A stretch of 32,000 nt of DNA from Synechococcus elongatus PCC 6301. Its GTDB lineage: Bacteria; Cyanobacteriota; Cyanobacteriia; Synechococcales; Synechococcaceae. A program made the position numbers and the translations under genes. The stretch is from positions 780,001-812,000 of the forward strand of contig NC_006576.1 of assembly GCF_000010065.1 (NCBI RefSeq), written 5' to 3'. Under the pieces are notes generated by a model. That model was not told where the DNA came from and ran no database searches. It saw only the letters and a program-made list of their open reading frames with translations. Shown here piece by piece: positions 8,689 through 17,626 of the stretch (positions within the stretch are counted from its first letter, which is position 1; each line of letters opens with the position of its first letter).

Positions 8689-9701
8689 GCGATGCTGCGA
8701 TTGCCCAAGATTTGGCTGCTCTCGCGGCTCAACTCCAAACCTTGGCAGGCTTGCAGGGCAAGCGCGATATTCAAGCAGCAGCAGCGAGTTTGCCCCATCG
8801 GCCCTTTCCCAAATTGGGACTAGCAGCAGCCTTGGGTGATGATGCGGCTCTGTTACCTGCGACTGCTAACCGCTTACTCTTCGCTTGCGAAGGAATTCAT
8901 CCCGACTTAGTGGCAGAAGATCCTTGGTTTGCTGGCTGGAGTGGTGTGCTGGTGAACCTCAGTGACATTGCCGCCATGGGTGGTCGTCCGATCGCGGTGG
9001 TCAATAGTCCCTGGAGCCGCGATCGCCAGCATGCTGATCAGGTGTTCGCCGGTCTTCAGTTTGCCGCCGAGAAATTTGGTATCCCGATCGTCGGGGGGCA
9101 CTCCAACCTCCAAAGCCCCTACAGCGCCCTGTCCGTGGCAGTCCTAGGTCAAGTGGGTCCCCACGTCCTCTCAGCGCGATCGGCCCAAGCCGGCGATCGT
9201 TGCTACCTGTTGATCAACCGTGACGGCCAGTTCTATCGCCACTATCCCTTTTGGGATGCCGCCACAGGGACAGCGCCGGAACAGCTGCGTCGCCACTGGG
9301 AACTGATGGCGCAGTTAGCCGATGCTGGCTTGGTTTCAGCGGCTAAGGATGTCAGTATGGGCGGCTTGATTGGTACCGCCGTGATGTTCGCCGAAACCAG
9401 CGGTGCGGGGCTTGATCTCCACCTCGATCGCCTCAGCTATCCAGCCGGAGTTAGTCGCGATCGCTGGTTGACCTGTTTTCCTAGCTTTGGCTTCCTCCTT
9501 GCCGTCCCTGAAGCTTGCTGCGATCGCTTCCTACAACGAGTCGCGACAGAACCAGATCTAACCTGTGATCACCTGGGTTCTTTCACTAACACGGGTCAAG
9601 TGCGCCTCTGCGATCGCCAAGCTCAAGTCTGTTTTTGGGACTGTCAAGAGCAGTCCTTGATGGGCTTTTCAGCGCTGACTGATCCTGAATCGCCACACTG
9701 A
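8685..9701 (+). CDS. MSMEG_0567/Sll0787-family AIR synthase-like (PurM/ThiL/HypE superfamily) protein
   Basis: ALGDDAALLPATANRLLFACEGIHPD, VLVNLSDIAAMGGRPIAVVNSPW, PIVGGHSNLQSPY and DVSMGGLIGTAVMFAETSGAG; 4-nt overlap with the GNAT gene. Confidence 0.85.
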   Translation: MSDAAIAQDLAALAAQLQTLAGLQGKRDIQAAAASLPHRPFPKLGLAAALGDDAALLPATANRLLFACEGIHPDLVAEDPWFAGWSGVLVNLSDIAAMGGRPIAVVNSPWSRDRQHADQVFAGLQFAAEKFGIPIVGGHSNLQSPYSALSVAVLGQVGPHVLSARSAQAGDRCYLLINRDGQFYRHYPFWDAATGTAPEQLRRHWELMAQLADAGLVSAAKDVSMGGLIGTAVMFAETSGAGLDLHLDRLSYPAGVSRDRWLTCFPSFGFLLAVPEACCDRFLQRVATEPDLTCDHLGSFTNTGQVRLCDRQAQVCFWDCQEQSLMGFSALTDPESPH

Positions 9702-9888
9702 ACAACACCCGCTCAGCTACCGATCTTTGGGAAGGGAGCGATCGCATTGCAAGTTAGGACATTGAGATTCGAACGACTCAGCCTCAAACCCGTAGCAATC
9801 GTGATTGAGTCCCTCGGTCTCACAAGAAATCTGGTTGCGGTAGGGCTGGAGGGATTCGATACCCAGCAATCTCAGAAATGGTCCTAAT

Positions 9889-10173
9889 TTGCTTGCAGCC
9901 TACTTGATGCAATGGCTAAAAAAACTCCCCCGCCTGGTTCGCGCTGCCATCCGACGGGGGACTCCCCTTTGTCCCTGGTGGAGGACCTTATGGGAGATTT
10001 CTACCTTCAGTTTGGCGCAGTTAGAGGGCACTGATCCCGAAGCGCAATTTAAATTCATGGGAGCGATCGCCCCCACTTTCATGTCTCCGGTTCAGTCAGC
10101 AGTTGCTGCAAAGTCAGCTGCCCACTCGCTTGTGGTGGCTCGTAACCCAAATGTCGCCAAGCTGCTGGCGTAG
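9889..10173 (+). CDS. Hypothetical protein (uncertain)
   Basis: 94-codon ORF; its 3' end overlaps the 3' end of ruvB by about 95 nt; no recognised domain. Confidence 0.3.
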
Positions 10174-11206
10174 CCACTCGACCGGGAGGAGTTCGCTGCA
10201 AATAACCAATCTGGAGCAGATAGGGCTCGTAGACTTCCTCCACCGTCTGAGCATCCTCGCCGGTAGCCGCTGCTAAAGTCTCCAACCCGACCGGACCGCC
10301 GCCAAAGTTCTCGATCAAGTGGGACAATAGGCGGCGATCGGTCCAGTCTAGTCCGCAGGGATCAACGTTATAGAGCTCCAAAGCAGTGGCCGCGATCGCC
10401 CCGGTAATTGGCCCTGGTGCTTTGACAGCCGCATAGTCGCGCACCCGTCGTAGCAGGCGATTAGCAATTCGTGGGGTACCCCGCGATCGCTTAGCAATTT
10501 CCTCAGCTCCAGCCTGATCGAGCGGTGTATTCAGCAGACGCGCTGTGCGCTGGACAATATCCGTCAAAGCTTCGACCTCGTAAAAACGCAGCCGTTGCAC
10601 CAGACCAAAGCGATCGCGCAAGGGTGAGGTCAGAGCTCCAATCTGGGTGGTCGCGCCCACGAGGGTGAAAGGGTGCAACGTAATACTGGGGGTGCGGGCA
10701 CTCTGGCCCTTGCCGATGGTGATGTCGAGCCGAAAGTCCTCCATTGCTGGATAGAGAATTTCCTCCGTGACCTTGGGCAGACGATGAATTTCGTCGATGA
10801 ACAGCACATCACCCGGCTGCAGATTGACCAGCAAACCAACGATATCGCGGGGGCGTTCCAGCGCTGGTGCCGTGGTGATCCGACATTGCACGCCCATTTC
10901 CGTAGCCAGCACCAAGGCCATTGTCGTTTTACCTAAGCCTGGCGGCCCGTAGAGCAGCAAATGATCGAGGCTTTCTTGACGACTTTTGGCCGCTGCGATC
11001 GCAATTCCTAGCACATCCTTCAGCTCTGGCTGACCGATGTAATCCGCGAGTCGTTGCGGGCGGATTTGGTCTTCCGGTCGCTGACTCTCTTCGGGAGCAG
11101 CCTGCGGGCGAACCAGAGAATCCTGTGGTTCAGAAACAGAGGGCTTCGTTTTAGCCTGCGATCGCCGCTCGGCTGGGTCGGGAGATTTCGAAGAAACAAT
11201 CGCCAT
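10079..11206 (-). CDS. ruvB: Holliday junction branch migration DNA helicase RuvB
   Basis: [65 protein letters not shown], and [13 protein letters not shown]. Confidence 0.96.
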
Positions 11207-11527
11207 AGCGCCCGCTTGCGCGTCGTCGCTATCCTATCGCCTACTGGGTTGAAGACTCTATTCCTGACCCGCTTCTCCAGCCTAGGGCGATCGCCTCGGC
11301 AACATCAAACTAGCCAAGAAAAGAAAAAGCGGCCAAGAGCGACCGCAGCAATTATTCAACTAAGGCCCCAATGCAAACTAGGCAATAGGTCTCTGTTCAG
11401 CATGCCCTGCCCTAGAGCGATCGCGGGGCAATCCTCAACATTGCCTGATGAACTGATCCAAGACTTCACATTATGGTTGCGCAGAATATGGAACCTCCAG
11501 CAATCCCTTGGTCTGAAGACTGGTCAA

Positions 11528-11558
11528 TAAAAAAGGGTGAATGGTTTCACCCCTTTTT
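11528..11558. terminator. Stem-loop terminator (AAAAAAGGGTGAA-TGG-TTTCACCCCTTTTT)
   Basis: Near-perfect inverted repeat with A-tract and T-tract flanks in an intergenic region. Confidence 0.6.
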
Positions 11559-11631
11559 GGCTCAATCGATGGTTTGTTTGATGCCCTGACCAAGCGATAG
11601 CTTTCGATCAGGGACGGTTAGTTCTCAGGAT

Positions 11632-12291
11632 TTACCAAAGACCTCGAACGGGTGCAGGGCTCTCTTGAAGCGGCAGGGGCTCCTGTTGAGCAAAGTCGCG
11701 GTTAGAGAGCGTATTGGGATTTTGGGCAATCATCCAATCGATGCTGGTTTTTTGCATCGCTAGCTGCTGGTTGGTGTCTAGGAAAGCCAGCGCATCAGGA
11801 ATAAACTTAGCGTCGGCTGCAAACAAGGCGCCCAAGTTAATCCGAGCATCTGTCGGATAGTTTTGGATGATTTCCAGCGGGGTCGTGCGGTTGTCATCCG
11901 CCAAGGAAAGGATAATGGCACTCCGCAGTGCTTGACGACCATCTGCACCGGCTGTTCGAGGAGCCATAACCATGCCGATTTGGTCCAACAGTTTTTCGCC
12001 AGAAGCACTGTTCAGCAAGTAATCGGCTTCAACCATTTTGTAGTTGATCGGCCGATTCAGAAAATCGCGGACCGTTTGGAACTGAGTGTGCGTGATATCG
12101 ACTGCGTCGAGGGTAAAGCCTTGGACTTGATCTTGCTTCGCCATGGCTTGCAGGTCGCCAATCGTCACCGATCGCGCCCAAGCGCCATTAATGAGGGTGA
12201 CATTGTTCGCTGCCTGAGCAGACGTTGGCATGAACAAGGCCGCAGCGGTTGCAGTTGCGAAAGCACCCAAAAGCAGTGTTTTCATGATCAC
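11632..12291 (-). CDS. Exported DUF1400-like protein without a hydrolase domain
   Basis: N-terminal signal peptide (MKTLLLGAFATATAAALFMPTSAQA). The rest resembles the DUF1400 domain often found ahead of cyanobacterial alpha/beta hydrolases (NGAWARSVTIGDLQAMAKQDQVQG...RFLN...LLDQIG...QALRSAIILSLADD). Confidence 0.6.
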   Translation of the reverse strand: MIMKTLLLGAFATATAAALFMPTSAQAANNVTLINGAWARSVTIGDLQAMAKQDQVQGFTLDAVDITHTQFQTVRDFLNRPINYKMVEADYLLNSASGEKLLDQIGMVMAPRTAGADGRQALRSAIILSLADDNRTTPLEIIQNYPTDARINLGALFAADAKFIPDALAFLDTNQQLAMQKTSIDWMIAQNPNTLSNRDFAQQEPLPLQESPAPVRGLW

Positions 12292-12507
12292 GAAGTCCTT
12301 AACAGCGAGGAGTAGAAAACGAGGAACAAGCGCAGGAAGGAACCGTCATAGATAAGGCTCTTCAGCAGCTCTACTCCTTATCTTCGTTAGAGAGCTTCTG
12401 GGTTTGGCAAAGCGACGATGAAGATTACTTTTCGGGAATTTATTCGCGGTCGGGAATTTTAGTTCCAGTTTAGAAACTGGATTCTTTGGGTTGCCTGGGA
12501 TCGTGGT

Positions 12508-12684
12508 TTAGCGTTGACGCGCTTTCCAAGTCCCGCCATAGCGGTAGTGCGGATTATCTTGACTAACTTGGGCTTGGCAGCCAGGACAGACGAGCTGCCA
12601 GACCCCCTGCGCCTCAACTTGGACCCGATAGCGAACAGTGGCTAGGGCTTGGCAGCGATCGCAGGGTTGAGGAGCGCGGGGCAT
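12508..12684 (-). CDS. Small zinc-ribbon-like protein (58 aa), not in the supplied ORF track
   Basis: Hand translation: MPRAPQPCDRCQALATVRYRVQVEAQGVWQLVCPGCQAQVSQDNPHYRYGGTWKARQR*. Two CxxC knuckles; ATG lies 7 nt after the raf1 stop. Confidence 0.75.
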   Translation of the reverse strand: MPRAPQPCDRCQALATVRYRVQVEAQGVWQLVCPGCQAQVSQDNPHYRYGGTWKARQR

Positions 12685-12691
12685 CTATTCT

Positions 12692-13777
12692 TCAAACTGC
12701 CAAGGTGTTGCGATCGCGGGCTTCATCAAGGACGCGCTTCGGTCGCAAAATCAGCACTAGTCGACCAAGGATGGGCGCAGCGATCGCGGAGGGCGACCAC
12801 TGAATCCTTGCCCCTTCGGCCTGCTCGACCAAGAAAAAGTGATCGGCATCCCAGTCCCGATCGGCACGATCCACTACTAAAACAACCGCTTCTGTGGGGC
12901 CTTCTGGTGCGTTGGGCAGGCGATCGATTTGTTCGAGACAGGCGATCGGATCTTCTGCGGTCAGAATTGCTTGCCAACCCGGCAATGCCAGCCACTGTTG
13001 TCCTTGTGGACTGGAGACTAGTCCAAAGGGCCCCTCCGCTTCGACCGCTGCGATCGCTTCAATTTGGCTGCTGCTGAGCGGCAATGTGCCGGCAAACGGG
13101 AGGAGTCGCGGTAGGTCTTCTTCGGTTTCCAGTCGATAGATCGGCAGCATCGGTGGTTTGCGACTGGGCACCCCGCTGAGATCTAGCAGCAATGCTTCGA
13201 TGAGGGCACGAGCCCCCGCCGACTGGGCAAACTGTAAACCCCGGGCAATTAAGCGCGATCGCTCGGTTAGGTCCGTCCGTTCTTGAGCCAAGCGCCAGCA
13301 TTGATGGGCGACTGCGTCGCCGGGGTGGCGGTCAAAGTTTTCGGGTTGCTTGGGCAGTCGGCAAAAGTCCTTCGTGGCCTTAGCAACTTCACGGATTTGG
13401 TCCGCGTCTAACTTGCGCTCTAGGGCGAGTTGAGCACAGAGCGATCGCTGCTCTTGATCCAGCTCGCGCAATTCGTAGAGGAGGTCACTGCCCCATTCTT
13501 GATAGGTCTCGCGAACGTGAGCCGGGGGATCTTGCCGCAGGATTGAGTCATAGACCTGCATGGCGACCGTAATTTGGTTCTGCTGAATCGGCTCAAAGCC
13601 CGTGGCTTCAAATAGGGTTTGGGGATCGAGTCCATTTTTGAGCAAGGTCTGACAAGCTCTTGCCCAAGCCAGCCAGCGTCCTTCTTTGCGTCGGAGTTGC
13701 CCCAACAGTTCCTGACGTTCTTCCTCGCTGAGAGTTGTGGGGGTGAACTCACGCATCGCAAGAGCATTCACAAACAA
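12692..13777 (-). CDS. raf1: RuBisCO accumulation factor 1 (possible start at internal ATG 13756)
   Basis: LRRKEGRWLAWARACQTLLKNGLDPQTLFEATGFEPIQQNQITVAMQVYDSI and C-terminal domain ...LPRLLPFAGTLPLSSSQIEAIAAVEAEGPFGLVSSPQGQQWLALPGWQAIL match cyanobacterial Raf1 as recalled. Confidence 0.87.
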   Translation of the reverse strand: MFVNALAMREFTPTTLSEEERQELLGQLRRKEGRWLAWARACQTLLKNGLDPQTLFEATGFEPIQQNQITVAMQVYDSILRQDPPAHVRETYQEWGSDLLYELRELDQEQRSLCAQLALERKLDADQIREVAKATKDFCRLPKQPENFDRHPGDAVAHQCWRLAQERTDLTERSRLIARGLQFAQSAGARALIEALLLDLSGVPSRKPPMLPIYRLETEEDLPRLLPFAGTLPLSSSQIEAIAAVEAEGPFGLVSSPQGQQWLALPGWQAILTAEDPIACLEQIDRLPNAPEGPTEAVVLVVDRADRDWDADHFFLVEQAEGARIQWSPSAIAAPILGRLVLILRPKRVLDEARDRNTLAV

Positions 13778-14216
13778 GACGGATAAATATCAGCATAAAC
13801 AAAGATGACCTTGCTGCACCAGAACCAGGCAAGGAGAGCTGAAAATAGTTATAGCCAGAGATCGGGAGCTCAACTTTAATGTTTGATGCTCGGCAGTTCT
13901 TCGCAGCCAAAAGAAAAGGCAAAACCAGTAAAGTTCAGATTGTTAATCTCTAAAAGCATCATTAATACAACAACATCATCATTAATAGAACTTTTAAAGT
14001 CTGACAAAAGTAATAATATTGCCTCAAAATCCAGACTAAATATTTTAATTGAAAACACATAAAAATTGAGAGTCATTGATGTTGTTCTCAAAATTTTCCA
14101 TGCTGCATTGAGAAGCCATTACAGAGGAAAGGTGATGAGGGTGGCCTTAGAGGGATGGGTTGGCTGCAATAGGAGATGTTGCCTGTGCTGCAGCCATGGT
14201 TTGTCAACCCTAGCCC

Positions 14217-14784
14217 AGTGATTTGACCGAGGCAGAATGAACCTTGCTCGAACCGATCTTGCCGTCGGCAAATCCCCTTGGCTCTCCGCGCACGGTGGAA
14301 ATCCGAGAAGTCGTCAATGTCTGGATGTACATCGCGGAGAACGGCATCCAGTGGAGATCTCTACTTCATGACTTTCCAGCGTGGCAAACCGTCTATGGCG
14401 ACTTCTTCCGCTGGCGGCGCTTAGAGATCGGGGAACAGGCTAATCACACCCTGAGTCGCCAAGTGTGACTGGAACTCGGACGGGAGGGAGCACTGTGTTT
14501 GGGATTGATGGATAGCCAGTCTGGATCTAACAAAACGGTTGAGCCAAGGATTCAGCGTTGAGCCCAAGCGCTGGCTGATCGAGTGAACCTTTACTGGGCT
14601 CGACAATGCGCGGCGACTCTGCCGTGATTATGAAGAGCTCCCCGAACACCATGAGTGTTTCATCTACTTGGTAATGCGTCGCCTGCTGCTGAGAAAACTC
14701 ACCCTCAATCGACGCTGCCGCCCATCTCCCCGAAAACAGCTTCTTAATTGCTTTAGTCGCTCTTGGCTGCCTTTTTTTAGTTAG
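14217..14784 (+). pseudogene. Decayed, internally deleted IS5-family-like (DUF4096-type) transposase remnant
   Basis: Stitched frames read SDLTEAE*TLLEPILPSANPLGSPRTVEIREVVNVWMYIAENGIQWRSLLHDFPAWQTVYGDFFRWRR, then (+1) RLELGREGALCLGLMDSQS, then FSVEPKRWLIE*TFTGLDNARRLCRDYEELPEHHECFIYLVMRRLLLRKL. In-frame TGA at 14238 and 14584, a frameshift near 14468, and the central catalytic region missing. Confidence 0.85.
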
Positions 14785-14862
14785 TTTGAGGGTGCCTAGG
14801 CGATCGCCCTAGGCTTAATTCCATACATTTCCGCCTCACACCACTCACGGGGTCGAATCTTA

Positions 14863-15519
14863 ATGCTGCCGACTTTTCAACCTTCAGCCCGCATTGGAGC
14901 AGCCGTTAGCCTTGCAGCGCAGCTTCATGCCGATCAAGTACGCAAAGGCACCAGCATTCCCTATCTAGCGCATCTACTCGCCGTCGCCAGCTTGGTGATG
15001 GAGCATGGCGGCGATGAAGATCAGACGATTGCCGCTCTTTTGCACGATGCCATCGAAGATACTGGCCCCGAATCAGAAGCTTTGATTCGTGAGCAGTTTG
15101 GCGATCGCGTAACTGCCATTGTTTGGGGTTGCACCGACGGCGTACCTGATGCAGCAGGTCAAAAGCCAGACTGGCGCGATCGCAAACAGCAATACCTGCA
15201 GCATTTAGCCACCGTTGCTCCAGATATCCTGCTCGTCTCGGCCTGCGACAAGCTCCACAATGCGCGATCGATTTTGATCGACTTGCAGAACCATGGGCTA
15301 GTACTGTTCGACCGATTCAAGGCTGGACAAGCTGGCACAATCTGGTATTACCAGCAGCTCGCTACTTGCTTCCAAGCGCGGCTGCCGGGGCCGCTCAGCC
15401 AGCAACTCAGCCAGACCGTTGAAGCCATCCAGCAAACGGCGAAGCAGCTTGAAAGTCTGGTTCGATTGATCCCAGTAGCTTGTTCAAAGGCTCAATACAC
15501 CGACATCACAGCCTGCTGA
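14863..15519 (+). CDS. HD-domain protein, SpoT/MESH1-like (p)ppGpp hydrolase family
   Basis: LHADQVRKGTSIPYLAHLLAVASLVMEHGGDEDQTIAALLHDAIEDT...CDKLHNARSI gives the HD motif set. Confidence 0.8.
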   Translation: MLPTFQPSARIGAAVSLAAQLHADQVRKGTSIPYLAHLLAVASLVMEHGGDEDQTIAALLHDAIEDTGPESEALIREQFGDRVTAIVWGCTDGVPDAAGQKPDWRDRKQQYLQHLATVAPDILLVSACDKLHNARSILIDLQNHGLVLFDRFKAGQAGTIWYYQQLATCFQARLPGPLSQQLSQTVEAIQQTAKQLESLVRLIPVACSKAQYTDITAC

Positions 15520-15537
15520 GTGCATCTCACGCTAAAA

Positions 15538-16926
15538 CTAAAACTCGGCGTTTTGGGGCGTGCGGGGAAAGGGAATCACATCGCGGATGTTGCCCATGCC
15601 TGTGATGAATTGCACCAGTCGCTCAAAGCCTAGGCCAAATCCGGCATGGGGAACACTGCCGTAGCGCCACAGATCCAAGTACCACCAGTAGTTCTCCTCG
15701 GGCAGATTCGCTTCAGCAAGACGCTGCTTTAGGACACCGAGCCGTTCTTCCCGCTGAGAACCGCCGATGATTTCACCGATGCCAGGTGCCAGCACGTCCA
15801 TTGCAGCCACTGTTTTTTGATCGTCGTTGAGCCGCATATAAAGGGCTTTGATTTCGCGCGGGTAATCATAGACGATCAACGGCTTGCGGAAATACTCCTC
15901 AGCCAAGTAGCGCTCATGTTCTGATTGCAGGTCAATGCCCCAAGCCACGGGATAGTCGAAGCTGCGATCAGCTTTTTCGAGGAGAGCGATCGCATCGGTA
16001 TAGCTAACGCGCTCAAAGTCGTTATTGAGGATCGTCTCAGCGCGGTTTAGCACCTCCGAATCAATGCGCTGATTGAAGAACTCTAGATCCTCGCTGCAGC
16101 GATCGCTGACTCGCTGGAAGACAAATTTCAAGAAGGCTTCGGCCAAGTCCATGTCGCCGCCAAGATCGCAAAAAGCCGTCTCCGGCTCGACCATCCAAAA
16201 CTCTGCCAAGTGACGGGAGGTATTGGAGTTCTCAGCGCGAAAAGTCGGGCCAAAGGTGTAGACGTTGCTGAACCCCAGCCCCATAATCTCGGCTTCGAGC
16301 TGGCCGCTGACGGTTAAATAGGCACGTTTGCCAAAAAAGTCCTGTTCAAAATCTGGTGCTTGCTGTGACTGCCCTAGCTTGTCGAGATCGAGATTGGTGA
16401 CCGTGAACAGTTCACCTGCGCCTTCGCAGTCACTCGCCGTGATAATCGGCGTATGCACCCAGAGGAAGCCGCGCTCTTGGAAGAAGTCATGAATCGCAGT
16501 TGCCGCAGCATTGCGAACCCGCATCACCGCTCCGAGGGAATTGGTTCGTGGCCGCAGGTGAGCGATCGTGCGCAGAAATTCGAACGAATGGCGTTTTTTC
16601 TGGAGCGGATATTGCTCAGGATCAGCACCACCAACAATTTCAACCGAAGCTGCCTGCAGTTCAACGCGCTGACCTTTAGCGGGCGACGCCACCAACTGTC
16701 CTTCAACAGCGATCGCAGCACCCGTATCTAACTGCTTGGCAAGCATCTCATAGTCAGCCAGCTCCTGCCCCAGAACGACCTGGATGCCCTTGAGGCAAGA
16801 CCCGTCGTTGACTTCGACGAAGGTGAACTCCTTCAGTTGCCGAGCAGTGCGAATCCACCCCCGCACCACAACGGTTTGGCCAGGTTGACCCTGGCTAAGG
16901 AGATCCACAATTCGCGCTGAAGCCAT
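15538..16926 (-). CDS. asnS: Asparaginyl-tRNA synthetase
   Basis: Class II aaRS with N-terminal OB fold ([25 protein letters not shown]), [35 protein letters not shown], and [32 protein letters not shown]. Confidence 0.95.
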   Translation of the reverse strand: MASARIVDLLSQGQPGQTVVVRGWIRTARQLKEFTFVEVNDGSCLKGIQVVLGQELADYEMLAKQLDTGAAIAVEGQLVASPAKGQRVELQAASVEIVGGADPEQYPLQKKRHSFEFLRTIAHLRPRTNSLGAVMRVRNAAATAIHDFFQERGFLWVHTPIITASDCEGAGELFTVTNLDLDKLGQSQQAPDFEQDFFGKRAYLTVSGQLEAEIMGLGFSNVYTFGPTFRAENSNTSRHLAEFWMVEPETAFCDLGGDMDLAEAFLKFVFQRVSDRCSEDLEFFNQRIDSEVLNRAETILNNDFERVSYTDAIALLEKADRSFDYPVAWGIDLQSEHERYLAEEYFRKPLIVYDYPREIKALYMRLNDDQKTVAAMDVLAPGIGEIIGGSQREERLGVLKQRLAEANLPEENYWWYLDLWRYGSVPHAGFGLGFERLVQFITGMGNIRDVIPFPRTPQNAEF

Positions 16927-17029
16927 ACGGATGCCGATCGCAAGACAATCTCCATTGAAACCGCAAACCGCAGCGTCTGAAGGTCTGTGAGCGATCGAAT
17001 CAGTAACTCAAGCAAGGCTGACCACGAAG

Positions 17030-17362
17030 CTAGCGCAGAACGCGTACTCGGACTGGGCCGCTCCAGTTACTGTGGCCACCCAGATCTCGCATGGCGCCGT
17101 AGGCTAAGTCGAGGTCGCAATTGCAGCGATCGTTGACGCGAACCGTCACGCTGCGGCCGCCCCGACTCACTTGCAGCTGGGTCCCCATGGGATAACGGGC
17201 GCTCGCTGCGGTGTAGCCATAGTAATTGAACCGTTCACCACTCGCGGTTCGCCCATTGTGATAGGACGAATGGTAAACCGTTGCCCAGACTTCCGAGGCC
17301 AAGGCAGACGTGGGGGTCAACAACGCGATCGCTGCTGAGCTCGCAAAGATGAATTGTTTCAA
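17030..17362 (-). CDS. Short secreted RlpA-like double-psi beta-barrel protein
   Basis: Signal peptide, then SEVWATVYHSSYHNGRTASGERFNYYGYTAASARYPMGTQLQVSRGGRSVTVRVNDRCNCDLDLAYGAM. Confidence 0.75.
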   Translation of the reverse strand: MKQFIFASSAAIALLTPTSALASEVWATVYHSSYHNGRTASGERFNYYGYTAASARYPMGTQLQVSRGGRSVTVRVNDRCNCDLDLAYGAMRDLGGHSNWSGPVRVRVLR

Positions 17363-17626
17363 GAATTGGAATTGAACTCTTCACACCACCAGGGCTTACT
17401 AAGAAGCGACCTGAGGGACAGTCGAGAGGCAGAAAGGACAATCACTAGAGTCCTCTCGTCGTTTCGGCTAGGAAGAGGTTGAAGGCGCCGAAAACGCGAT
17501 CGCCTAGGGGCGACGATACCCTGTCATGGGTAAATATACCATCTGACCCTCAGATTGGGTTTGCTTAGTCGTTCGCTTTGGCTATGGCTACGATCGAGAG
17601 GCGCTGATTTCAGAGAAATTACCTGC

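Noticed and set aside
9760-9865. tRNA-like strings (GATTCGAAC and GGATTCGATACC) after the nitrilase operon
   Set aside because: On either strand I could not build acceptor, D, anticodon and T arms; the T-stem bases do not pair. Kept only as a low-interest structural region.
13876-14091. 71-aa minus-strand ORF inside the AT-rich island
   Set aside because: Low-complexity hydrophobic/AT-driven composition, no domain, and an IS relic context; treated as chance or decayed.
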